In this document: piece by piece, positions 48,504-57,708 of the stretch
How positions within the stretch are numbered: the first letter of the stretch is position 1
Layout: every line of letters begins with the position of its first letter
DNA from: Candidatus Marinacidobacterales bacterium
GTDB lineage: Bacteria; Acidobacteriota; Vicinamibacteria; Marinacidobacterales; SMYC01
DNA: 64,000 nucleotides
Direction of reading: 5' to 3'
Assembly (NCBI GenBank): GCA_965224085.1
Contig: CBDCYI010000004.1
Location: 1,216,001 to 1,280,000 of the forward strand
Program-made: the position numbers and the translations under genes
Notes under the pieces: model-generated
Seen by the model: only the letters and a program-made list of their open reading frames with translations
Databases searched by the model: none
Told to the model about the DNA's origin: nothing

Positions 48504-48713
48504 CAGATGAAATCAATAAGAGTCGCGGCGTGAACTACTCCCTCTCGTGGAGAGTGCTGTCGACGTGGGCAAACCTCCACACCGCGCGCATGGTCGACGC
48601 TTAACTATTACCGAAGAGCACAGCTCGAGGGTGGACGGGATCTCGAAACTCGGGATGACCGTCCGAAGGGCGGAACTCGCGCTCGGCTTTCCGCTTTTGC
48701 GCATCGTGTCCAG

Positions 48714-50603
48714 TCAAGATTTCTTCGGGCCACGCCGCCCACGGGGGGGCTTTTCTGTGAGCTGGCGGTCCGCATAAGCGGCCACTTCGACCATTTGCTC
48801 GAGCGGCTCGGTGAGCCTCGGATCTTGAGTCGAGCGCAGCACGGTTTCTTTCGCGAACAGCATCGCGAGATAGCGGAGCTTCAGCGCTGGCCGGCTCGAG
48901 TTCGCGCGGTAGTCCGGATGGCCCTTATTGACTTGCCAGCGCCCTTCGAGAACCCGTGAGCGCCACTTCGCGCCGGCTTGATCGACGAGCTCCGGCTCCG
49001 GAATGCCCTCGTCCGAGCTCGTCGCGACCTCTTCGACGACTTCGACGGGTACAGCGGCCGAGGCTTCGCTCTCTGTGCTCGCTTGCTTCGCATGCACCGA
49101 GAGGATACCTTCGCTGACCGTTTCGCCCGCGACGAAGACGGCACGTCTCGGAATGTCATCCAGCTCACGAAGGTTACCCACCTGGCCCCACAGCTCCCAC
49201 GTGAGCTCGATGCCGTCGGGAATGGCTCTTCCATCCGCATCGAGTGCTTTGGCGTGCACGGTCGCTTCCTCGTTGATCGCGACGACGAGGCGCTGCGGTG
49301 ACACCGCCACCGACTCGAGAGGACCGGGCGGAAAAAGCGACGGCGCCGTCGCGTTCTCCTCCTCTTTGAAGGGTGCGTCCGCAAGCTCGACGTCCTGGGC
49401 GGGCATGCCCGCAGACACCGCTTTCGGCGCTCCTTCTCCTTTTTTCTCCGTGGGAAGCATCGTGTAGCTCGGCCGCTTCTTGTAAAAGTCGCGAAAGGCA
49501 CGCTGCAGATCGCGAATCACGGTTTTGTCGAGCTGCTCAGCGCGCTCGCGCTCTTTGGTCTCGACGAGGCTCGACAAGACCTGCTCGATTTCGGCGAGCG
49601 CCGTGGCGAAGGCGTGGGCGACTTCGTCGGGGATGACGCCGCGGCGGCTACCGGGCGCGACGCGAAGCTCCGAGAAATCCACCAGCCCGGTCAAGCTCGG
49701 ATCCGTCCACGGCGCATGGTCGAGCTCGAGCGCTGCGAGCTCGACGAAGCTTTCGGCGACCACCGTCCCGGCCGCATAGAGCGCGAGGGGCGCGTGGCGC
49801 CCGTCTTCGCCGTCTTTGCCGGCGAGGTAGATCTCGAACCGAACGGGCGCGTGAGGATAGCCGGGCACGTCCACCGGCCCGAGCCCTTCGAGCCGCTCGC
49901 CGAGAAACCGAGGCGGCCTCACGCGCAAGGATTTCGGCGAACGTCCGCGCGCCATCCGATCTTCGACGACGACTTCGACCTTGCGCGCAAGAAGCTGACC
50001 ACGGAGCTCTCCCGCAAGATAGTCGGTCGCGCGGCGCGCGGACACCGCAGCAGAAGCTTCCTTGGTGAGGTTCACGACGACCACTTTCGTGAAACGCTCG
50101 TCGAAATCGAGACGACCCCGCAGACGTCCGATCGTGAACTGGGGCCGGTCGCGGTGAAACACGAGGCGATGGGGCTCTTGCCCAGGAACGTGCGAGCGGA
50201 TCTCGAGTGTCTCGCCAAGACTCCAGAATCCGAGAAGCCCGATACCGTATTGGCCTTGCGTCATGAGCTCGAACCGCTGCTGTGGGGACAATTCGCGTTT
50301 GCGGCTATGGCCGATATGGGTGGCGATGTAGCGCAGCGCTTCCTTGCGCGGAAGCTCCGGAATGACCCCTTCGCCGTCGTCGAAGATCTTCAGGCAAGGT
50401 ACTTTCTTCTCGCGAACGCGCTTAATACGGATGTGCCTAGCGCCGGCATCGAGGCTATTCTGGACGAGCTCGGCCAAAGCCTTGCGCGGGTCGGGCTGAC
50501 TCAACGCGAGCCAGCGGATGAACTCGAACGCGTCGTGAACCCGCACCCGCCCCTTCTCCACGGCGCTCTCGCGACTCTTTTTCTTGCGCGTCTTCTTCGT
50601 CAT
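48714..50603 (-). CDS. GHKL (MORC/Hsp90-like) ATPase with Ig-like domain
   Basis: Bergerat motifs ELVQNSLDA, DDGEGV, SRKR, GQYGIGLLGF; later VAVSPQRLVVAINEEATVHAKALDADG..LTW (Ig/Big-2-like) and VNKGHPDY. Confidence 0.82.
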   Translation of the reverse strand: MTKKTRKKKSRESAVEKGRVRVHDAFEFIRWLALSQPDPRKALAELVQNSLDAGARHIRIKRVREKKVPCLKIFDDGEGVIPELPRKEALRYIATHIGHSRKRELSPQQRFELMTQGQYGIGLLGFWSLGETLEIRSHVPGQEPHRLVFHRDRPQFTIGRLRGRLDFDERFTKVVVVNLTKEASAAVSARRATDYLAGELRGQLLARKVEVVVEDRMARGRSPKSLRVRPPRFLGERLEGLGPVDVPGYPHAPVRFEIYLAGKDGEDGRHAPLALYAAGTVVAESFVELAALELDHAPWTDPSLTGLVDFSELRVAPGSRRGVIPDEVAHAFATALAEIEQVLSSLVETKERERAEQLDKTVIRDLQRAFRDFYKKRPSYTMLPTEKKGEGAPKAVSAGMPAQDVELADAPFKEEENATAPSLFPPGPLESVAVSPQRLVVAINEEATVHAKALDADGRAIPDGIELTWELWGQVGNLRELDDIPRRAVFVAGETVSEGILSVHAKQASTESEASAAVPVEVVEEVATSSDEGIPEPELVDQAGAKWRSRVLEGRWQVNKGHPDYRANSSRPALKLRYLAMLFAKETVLRSTQDPRLTEPLEQMVEVAAYADRQLTEKPPRGRRGPKKS

Positions 50604-50742
50604 GCGAGGCTGTCGACAAACGTTTCGATCCTGCCTAGCGCTTCCGCGATCCGGCCCTCGGGCTGAAGCAGCGAGATGCGGACGAAGTGTTTCCACGGGA
50701 GCTCCTCGACGCGCGCAGCGAGCGCTCGTTTGATGGCGTCAC

Positions 50743-51471
50743 TCATGTGGTCCATCCTTGACGTAGCAACTCCTCGCTAAACTTGTCCGCCTCGAAGCGT
50801 TTTCCCGTCGGGTTGCCTCGGGCCAGTGCTAGCAGCACGAACGCGTTAGCGATCGCGTCTGCGTCTTGCCACGCGCGCGCGCTGAGCGGTACCGCCGACT
50901 CTTCATCGTCGGTCATCATCGTCGGCTTGATACGAAGACCCGGCGTGATCGAGTTGACGCTCACCGGCGCTCCTTTGAGATCTGCCGCAAGCGCCCGCGT
51001 CAGTCCTTCGATGCCGAATTTCGAGGCGCAGTAAGCGGTTTCCTTCTCGAATCCGAGAACACCCGCGCGGGACGATACATTAATAATAGAGCCGCCGCCC
51101 GCCTCGAGCAGCGCAGGCAAGAAACCGCGGCAAAGAAGAAACGGCGCCGTGAGGTTGGTCGCGATCGTCTCGTCCCACGCTGCGTCGGTGACCTCGTCAT
51201 ACAAGCTCACCTTCAGGATCGCGGCGTTGTTGACGAGGACGTCGATTGTGCCCGCCTCGGCCAGCACGTCGTTCACGAAACGAGCGCAGGCTTCCCGGTC
51301 TCTCAAGTCCACTTCGAAGCGCCTCGCGGCCTCGAGCGCAGGGTCCTCGATGGGGATGCGGTCGCAGAGAAAAAGCGCGGCCCCTTCACGAGCGTACCCA
51401 CGTGCGACCGCGCGGCCGAGTCCGCGGGCCACGCCCGTGACGACAGCCGTCATTCCCGCGAGCCGTGCCAT
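50743..51471 (-). CDS. Short-chain dehydrogenase/reductase
   Basis: TGVARGLG, DVLVNNAAI, NVSS, YCASK; TAATG overlap with the upstream gene. Confidence 0.9.
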   Translation of the reverse strand: MARLAGMTAVVTGVARGLGRAVARGYAREGAALFLCDRIPIEDPALEAARRFEVDLRDREACARFVNDVLAEAGTIDVLVNNAAILKVSLYDEVTDAAWDETIATNLTAPFLLCRGFLPALLEAGGGSIINVSSRAGVLGFEKETAYCASKFGIEGLTRALAADLKGAPVSVNSITPGLRIKPTMMTDDEESAVPLSARAWQDADAIANAFVLLALARGNPTGKRFEADKFSEELLRQGWTT

Positions 51472-52527
51472 TAGAGCAGCTGCCGTAGGGGGTAGGCGGT
51501 CGCGAAGCCGAGATAATTCCCAACCCCGTAGCCGAAGATACCGACGATGATCCCAGGCGTGACGAGCTCGTTCCATTTCATGGCCATACCGAGCGCGAGC
51601 GCCGAGCCCGGTCCGCCGATGGCCGCTTGGCTCGCGATCGTCAGCGTCGGCAAGTCGAGCCGCGCGAGAAAGCCAAGGCCGTAGACGAAGAGCGCATGGA
51701 CCGCGAGATGGCGAGCATGTAGACAAAGAGCACCGGACCCGCATTCGCCGCCTCCCGGACATCGGAAACCGCGCCGATAACGATAAAAAAGAGATGCAGC
51801 GCGAAATAGGAGAGGACCGCCGCGCCTCGGAGGCGGTGGACGATGGGAAGCTGCGCCGCTACGAGAGCGAGCGTTGTCAAGCAGAGGACTTGGCCGGGAC
51901 CGCTGGCACCGACACGCTCTGCGATCCATAGGAATGCGAGCGGAAGCGCGGCAAGCCACGCGAGATCGGTGATGCTGAGCTTGGTCTCGGACCAAGCCTT
52001 GGGCGCGTCTTCGCTCTTCGTCTCCGAGCCGCCCGCGTGGCTCGCGCTTCGATAGTATGCGGCGAGGAGCGAAAAGAGCCCGACCTGCGCAAGCATCCAC
52101 GGTACGGTGGACAGGTTGTCCGACACGAACGCCGCGGCAAAGAGGCTCTCGGACATGTCGAGCCCATGCCCCACGGCCGCGAAATTCATGCCGCCACCCC
52201 AAAAGCCCCGGCAAACGTCCCTGCGAGCTTCCAAGTCTCGGGCCCGAGACTCGACGCGAAGGCGAAGCTCGCGACGACGGCGCCCACGAAGGTGCTGGCG
52301 CCCGCGAGCACGATCGCGTACGGGACAGCGTAGGTTGAAACACCTGCAAGGACGGCAGAGTCGTGCGGGATGACGCCGATATTCGCGAGCAGGATGCCGA
52401 GCCGCGTGCAGACAACGGCGGAGCTTACCTTTTGGACGAAGGCGAAACGGCCTTCGAGAAAACGCGCGAACGCCACCAGGAGGAACATAAAGGCGAGAAG
52501 CGCGGTAGGCTCGGTGATCATGGTCAA
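51471..52527 (-). pseudogene. DUF819-like membrane transporter, frameshifted
   Basis: Three frames each carry parts: GILLANIGVIP / GGGMNFAAV..DNL / ASQAAIGGPGSA..GIIVGIFGYGVGNYLG; shifts near 52200 and 51710. Confidence 0.75.
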
Positions 52528-53522
52528 CCGATTGATCGTCGTTCCGCATTACCGCAAAAAAGCGTCCAATCTCCTGCCGTTGTGCTCGGATAGGTACGGA
52601 AGCCGAACAAGACACCCGTGCAAGGTGCCTTGAGCTCTTCGACGGTCTCGCCAAACAAATCCGCGAGCGTCAAGAGCACTTCGCCTTCAGTGATGGGTTT
52701 CTTGAGCTTGTTCCGCGGGAGGTCCTGGTTGGGAAGCAGGATGCCGCTTCTCGACGCCATGACCGCAATCTGGCTGCCGCGCCACGCGGTGTCGGCATAG
52801 GTCGCGTCGCCGTCGACCATGTCGTAGTGGCGGCAGACGTTCAGGAGCGCGCGCCCGAGCACGTCGACGTTATGCTTTAGCGCATCGGGCATGAGCGTAG
52901 CGCTTCCGCCGAACTCGACCGTGATGGCGATCTTGCCGCGATCGACCATCGCTGCCATGGGCGATCCCACCGGGTGCGGCGTGTCGAGAATGATCTCCCA
53001 TCCCTCGCCCATCGCGCGCGCCAGCTCGAGGCTCTTGTCGTCGCCGGACTTCGTGAAGATCGTCTCTCCGAGATAACAGATGTTGCCACCCGAGTGGATC
53101 GTCATCTCCATGTCGGCGAGCTTGCCGACTTCTTCGTTGTGAACATGTGCGATACGGTCCGTGAGATAACCCGCGGGCTTTCCCGGATACATCCGGTTCA
53201 TGTCGAACGTGTGCGAGTCGCGCGGGTTACCACGTGACATCGCCTCGAAAGCACCGACATTCATGACAGGGACACCGATGAACGTGCCGCGAAGATTCTT
53301 TGGGTCGAGCTTCTTTGCGACTTCGATGATGGAGAGCGTCCCTTCTTGCTCGTCGCCGTGAATGCCGCCATCCACGAGAAGAACAGGTCCGTCTTTCGCG
53401 CCGTTGACGACGATCACGGGAAAGCCAAGATCGCTGCCGTCGACGCGAGACACAGCCGGAACCATTCCGGAGATTCTCGTCCCGGCTTCACAACGTAGGG
53501 GTCCGATGTTGATGGTGCTCAT
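52524..53522 (-). CDS. Succinylglutamate desuccinylase/aspartoacylase family (M14) hydrolase
   Basis: GGIHGDEQEG, PVMN, DMNRMYPG, TIHSG, ITVEFGG, C-terminal lipoyl-like domain. Confidence 0.88.
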   Translation of the reverse strand: MSTINIGPLRCEAGTRISGMVPAVSRVDGSDLGFPVIVVNGAKDGPVLLVDGGIHGDEQEGTLSIIEVAKKLDPKNLRGTFIGVPVMNVGAFEAMSRGNPRDSHTFDMNRMYPGKPAGYLTDRIAHVHNEEVGKLADMEMTIHSGGNICYLGETIFTKSGDDKSLELARAMGEGWEIILDTPHPVGSPMAAMVDRGKIAITVEFGGSATLMPDALKHNVDVLGRALLNVCRHYDMVDGDATYADTAWRGSQIAVMASRSGILLPNQDLPRNKLKKPITEGEVLLTLADLFGETVEELKAPCTGVLFGFRTYPSTTAGDWTLFCGNAERRSIG

Positions 53523-53752
53523 AATGTTTCTGCTTTGCTTTCCACACGGTTCTCCAATGTCTCGCCTCGCGCGAAGCGTGTAATGTTCGCGAGGAGTGGA
53601 TCGATAGGTTCTTTTTGGCCGCCGCCCCGTATGAGGGGCCGGAACGACATCGTCCAGCTTCGTGAGCGTGATACCGAAGCAGGATGTGATAGCGCTCCTC
53701 CAGCAAAGGACGCGATCCTACTACGCAGCCAAGAAGACGTCTATCGTGCTCG

Positions 53753-54478
53753 TTAGAGCGTCGTATCGAAATAGTCGACGGCGAAATCCACCAAGTCCCG
53801 AATTCGGAAGAGCGAGGAGGTCGCCTCACCGACCTTGGCGCGAGCAGCTCTTCCCGACGCGAGGTAGCGCTTTCCGATGATCGGGAAATGGAGGTCGTTG
53901 TCGTCGGCGACGTTGGGCACTTCAATCCATACTGCTTCTCCGTTCTCGATGTTGGGAAAGCGCACTCGGGCGGTTCTGCGTTTCTTCGATAGGGTCTCCG
54001 CGTAATGAAGCGCGGTGCAGCGGTTGAATCCCACACCGAGAAGCAAGATGGCGCTATCGCAGTCGTGTAGTCGCCCAAACGGCGTGCCGGGTCCTTCGGA
54101 GAAAGCCAGCGGGTGTAAGGACGTGACCTCCGCGGCCAACGGACCGCGCGCGCACACGGACTCGAGGGGATGAGTGCTGCGAAGCGTTCCCGGCCACGTG
54201 CGAAACGCTTCTGCGATCGCGCCCATCTTCGTAGGCGTCAACTCCGCGTCGAACACGGTTACAGGTGCCGGCACGGCGCATTGAGGAGTGGCTGCGGGCA
54301 TGGCGAGCGTCCCGTCCTCGCCGAGGGCTTTGATGAGCGCGCGCACCACCGCGCGTGCTCCGCCCTCGACCCACCCGATCGCGCTCAATGAGGAATGGAC
54401 GATGAGCGTGGCGCCCGGCGTGACTCCGAGATCCCTCAAATCGCGCGCCAGCCGTTCCATGCCGCTTGCGGATTTCAT
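53753..54478 (-). CDS. AAC(3)/YokD-like N-acetyltransferase (Antibiotic_NAT family)
   Basis: LIVHSSLSAIGWVEGG, GTLAMP, MGAIAEAFR, RSTHP, LLLGVGFNRCTALHYAE. Confidence 0.88.
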   Translation of the reverse strand: MKSASGMERLARDLRDLGVTPGATLIVHSSLSAIGWVEGGARAVVRALIKALGEDGTLAMPAATPQCAVPAPVTVFDAELTPTKMGAIAEAFRTWPGTLRSTHPLESVCARGPLAAEVTSLHPLAFSEGPGTPFGRLHDCDSAILLLGVGFNRCTALHYAETLSKKRRTARVRFPNIENGEAVWIEVPNVADDNDLHFPIIGKRYLASGRAARAKVGEATSSLFRIRDLVDFAVDYFDTTL

Positions 54479-54594
54479 GACGTCAATCGAAGGCTGCGGC
54501 CGCCCACAGGCGAACGGGACTTTTGTTGCGGCCACTACTTCCCGGAATTCAGGCTGAGACTGTAGCACGCAGGCGCCCAGAGGCCCCTAAATCT

Positions 54595-54647
54595 TGTGGA
54601 AAACTACGCGCGAGACTGTGGAAACCCTGTGGAAAGCGGGATCCACG
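54595..54647. promoter_or_regulatory. Cluster of DnaA-box-like 9-mers
   Basis: TGTGGAAAA (54595), TGTGGAAAC (54617), TGTGGAAAG (54628), plus an inverted weaker GGATCCACG (54639). Confidence 0.5.
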
Positions 54648-54778
54648 TGATGCGTAACGAGCGAAACCAGGATCGGAAGGCATCTTAGCTTGCGGCTCCA
54701 CGCACGAACGGGCGCGCCGTCTTTACCAGCATCAACGACCGCAGTCCTCGCGTTTCCAAATATCGCGCGCGTGATACC

Positions 54779-55879
54779 GTGTCCGGCATTCTCATGCGTT
54801 TCATTCCCACTTGCGCCGTTGTGCTCGTGCTTCTTTCTTCGCTCGCTGTAAACGGCTCGCAGATTCCCACTACGGGCGAGGGCCTGTACGAAATCGGCTG
54901 CGCCAAATGTCACGGTGAGACGGGTGCAGGTGTTCCGCTCGATCGAGTCGGTTTCGACGTGCCTCTTCCTGATTTCGCCGACTGCAGTTTCGCGACGCGG
55001 GAGCCCGATTTCGATTGGATTGCCGTCTCCCATCAAGGAGGGCCGGTCCGCGGATTCGATTCGAGCATGCCCGCCTTCGGCGAGGCGTTCGACATCGAGC
55101 AGATACAGAAGATCGTGGACTTCGTTCGCACATTCTGCGTCGAAGAAAATTGGCCAAGTGGGGAGCTCAATTTGCCGCGCTCACTGTTTACGGAGAAGGC
55201 CTATCCAGAAGACGAGCTCATTTGGACTGTCGGGGTAGCGACGGAAGGAAAGGGTGAGCTCACGAACGAGCTTCTATACGAGCGTCGCTTTGGTGCGCGT
55301 TACCAATGGGAGCTCGCGATCCCGTTCGGCGCGGCACCGAGCACGAGCGGGGGTCCCTGGGCGGGAGGCGTCGGCGACGTCACGGTTGGCGTCAAGAGCA
55401 CCGTCTATCATCGCCTGGACCGCGGCAATATTCTGAGCTTGAACGCCGAGGTCGCCATCCCGACGGGAAGCGAAGAGAACGGCCAAGGAAAGGGCGTTTT
55501 CGTTTTCGAGCCGTCCGTATCCTTTGGCCAACTGTTGCCAGCCGATACTTTCCTGCATTTGCAAGCTGGCATCGAGCTACCGAGTAATCGTGACCGAGTC
55601 GAGCAAGATATTTTCTGGGCGGCGGTCTTCGGGCGGACGTTCACCGTCAACACCTGGGGACGGAGTTTCTCTCCGATGGTGGCGGTCATTGGTCGAGCCG
55701 AAGATGGCAGCACAGACTGGGATGTCGTCCCCCAACTCCAGATCTCTCTCAACGTGCGCCAACACGTCCTCGCAAACGTGGGGCTACTCGCTCCCGTAAA
55801 CGAAAGCTCCCGGCCGAAGCAAGTTTTCTTCTACATTTTGTGGGAGTGGTTCGACGGTGGACTCCTCGACGGTTGGTGA
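54779..55879 (+). CDS. Monoheme cytochrome c fused to a predicted outer-membrane beta-barrel
   Basis: Signal peptide; CAKCH; distal Met in SSMPAFG; C-terminal region with alternating beta-strand pattern (GVGDVTVGVK..EVAIPTG) ending in aromatic-rich FYILWEWF..GW. Confidence 0.75.
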   Translation: MSGILMRFIPTCAVVLVLLSSLAVNGSQIPTTGEGLYEIGCAKCHGETGAGVPLDRVGFDVPLPDFADCSFATREPDFDWIAVSHQGGPVRGFDSSMPAFGEAFDIEQIQKIVDFVRTFCVEENWPSGELNLPRSLFTEKAYPEDELIWTVGVATEGKGELTNELLYERRFGARYQWELAIPFGAAPSTSGGPWAGGVGDVTVGVKSTVYHRLDRGNILSLNAEVAIPTGSEENGQGKGVFVFEPSVSFGQLLPADTFLHLQAGIELPSNRDRVEQDIFWAAVFGRTFTVNTWGRSFSPMVAVIGRAEDGSTDWDVVPQLQISLNVRQHVLANVGLLAPVNESSRPKQVFFYILWEWFDGGLLDGW

Positions 55880-55942
55880 GCAAATTGAAGACCTCGTCGG
55901 CCATAGAATCGTAGCACCTGTGGTTTGGTGTATCGTTTCCGG

Positions 55943-56746
55943 GTGAGCATCAGCTCGGGCCGCCCGGGAGCACTACAGGTCGACCATCTCACGCTTCGCT
56001 TCGGTGGGCTCGCGGCGCTTTCAGACGTTTCGCTCTCCGTCCACCCCGGCGAGCTTCTCGCGGTGATCGGACCAAACGGCGCGGGCAAGACCAGTCTTCT
56101 CAACTGTATCAGCGGCCTTCACCGGCCTCAGTCGGGTGCTATCTGGTTCGCCGATCGCGCGGGCGTTCGCCGCGAGCTCACCCTCATGAAGACACATCAC
56201 ATGGCGGCGCTCGGTATTGCGCGCTCGTTTCAGAATCTCGAGCTCTTCCGGCACATGAGCGTGCTCGACAACCTCATGCTCGGCCGGCACGCCCACATGA
56301 AAGGCGGTGTCTTCGGCTCCGGGTTTTATTGGGGCCTTCAAGAAAAAGAAGAGCTCCGGGAGCGGCAAGTCGTCGAGGAGATCATCGACTTTCTCGAGAT
56401 CGAGCGCATTCGCGACGAGACCGTGGAGTCCCTTCCCTATGGTCTTCAGAAGCGCGTGGAGCTCGGCCGCGCGCTCGCTATGGATCCCACACTTCTTCTT
56501 CTCGACGAGCCGATGGCGGGGATGAATACCGAGGAAAAAGAAGACATGGCGCGCTTCGTCCTCGACGTTCACGAAGAGAAAGGCGTCGCGGTCGTGTTGA
56601 TCGAGCACGATATGGGCGTCGTGATGGATCTTGCGGAGCGGATTCTCGTTCTCGATTTTGGCAGGAAGCTCGCCGAGGGGCCGCCCGAGGCGATTCGCAA
56701 CGATGAGCGCGTCATCCAAGCTTATCTTGGCGAGGCCGCGTCTTGA
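55943..56746 (+). CDS. Liv-type ABC ATP-binding protein (LivG-like)
   Basis: GPNGAGKT, ARSFQN, LPYGLQKRVELGRAL, LLDEP, IEHDM, VIQAYLG; start uncertain (55925 or 55943). Confidence 0.9.
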   Translation: MSISSGRPGALQVDHLTLRFGGLAALSDVSLSVHPGELLAVIGPNGAGKTSLLNCISGLHRPQSGAIWFADRAGVRRELTLMKTHHMAALGIARSFQNLELFRHMSVLDNLMLGRHAHMKGGVFGSGFYWGLQEKEELRERQVVEEIIDFLEIERIRDETVESLPYGLQKRVELGRALAMDPTLLLLDEPMAGMNTEEKEDMARFVLDVHEEKGVAVVLIEHDMGVVMDLAERILVLDFGRKLAEGPPEAIRNDERVIQAYLGEAAS

Positions 56747-57708
56747 TGCTCGCCGTTTTTGCCGTGCTGGCATTTGTTTTGGCGGCTTCTGCCTGTCATT
56801 ACCACTGGTTCGCGTCTCGCCACGAGCGGCATCGATTCCCTCCACCAGGCGAGCTCATCGATGTCGGCGGTTATCGGATGCATCTTCACGTTCTCGGCGA
56901 GGGTAGTCCTACCGTCGTGCTCGATTCGGCGCTCGCGGGCTCGTCGCTGAGCTGGTCGGAGATTCAGCCGGACGTTGCGCGCTTCACCAAAGTCCTTAGC
57001 TATGACCGCGCTGGGTTCGGTTGGAGCGACGCGAGCCCGCACCCGCGCACGCTCCATCACATGACGCGCGAGCTCCACGAGCTTTTGTCGAAGGCGAACG
57101 TCGAAGGGCCTTTCGTTCTTGTCGGACACTCCTATGGCGGATGGATGGCTCAGCTCTTGGCGTCGCGCCACCCGGATCTCGTCGCCGGCCTCGTGCTCGT
57201 GGACACTCCGCATCCCCGCGAGTGGGTCGAGCCCGACCAGGCACAACGCGTACGCGTGGCGCGCGGTGCCCGCACGGCGCGGCTTGCGGCCTTTGGAGCG
57301 CGTTTTGGAGTCATGCGCGCCTTCTTGCACCTCGGCCGCTTCCGCTCTTCCGAGCACGATCGCACCGCTCAGCTCCTCGGCAAAACACCTGCGGCCATCC
57401 GCCCACAACTTCGTTCGTTTTGGGTGCGGCAAAGGACTCTCGAAGCGCTCGCGAGTCAAATCGAGAACGCACCGGAGAGCGCCGCCTCGCTCGCGGCGGA
57501 AACGACTTCGCTCGGCGATATCCCCCTCGTCGTGATCACCGCGGCCGATCCAAGCCCGCAGCGTCTCGAAGATCAGCTCTCGACCGTCGCTCTCAGCCAG
57601 TCGGGGCGTCATGTCATCGCCGAGACAAGCGATCATTGGATCCCACTCGAGGAAGCCGAGCTCGTGGTGCAGGCCATCCGTGACGTCGTCGCTTCGGTGC
57701 GCGCATGA
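56746..57708 (+). CDS. Membrane-anchored alpha/beta hydrolase
   Basis: N-terminal TM, PPPGELIDVGG, YDRAGFGWS, GHSYGG nucleophile, SDHWIP; TGATG and ATGA overlaps with neighbours. Confidence 0.88.
   Translation: MLAVFAVLAFVLAASACHYHWFASRHERHRFPPPGELIDVGGYRMHLHVLGEGSPTVVLDSALAGSSLSWSEIQPDVARFTKVLSYDRAGFGWSDASPHPRTLHHMTRELHELLSKANVEGPFVLVGHSYGGWMAQLLASRHPDLVAGLVLVDTPHPREWVEPDQAQRVRVARGARTARLAAFGARFGVMRAFLHLGRFRSSEHDRTAQLLGKTPAAIRPQLRSFWVRQRTLEALASQIENAPESAASLAAETTSLGDIPLVVITAADPSPQRLEDQLSTVALSQSGRHVIAETSDHWIPLEEAELVVQAIRDVVASVRA

Noticed and set aside
48567-48616. c-di-GMP-I riboswitch-like words GGGCAAACC..GACGC..TTACCGAA
   Set aside because: No GNRA-capped P2 stem, no room for P3, and no downstream gene on that strand; probably chance.
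48714-50603. htpG, mutL or gyrB assignment
   Set aside because: Only generic GHKL motifs are present; family signatures (MutL GFRGEAL, HtpG IGQFGVGFYS, GyrB GGLHGVG) are absent.
53753-54478. Acquired aminoglycoside resistance gene
   Set aside because: The family includes many chromosomal YokD-like enzymes of other or unknown function; no integron or IS context; activity cannot be inferred from motifs.
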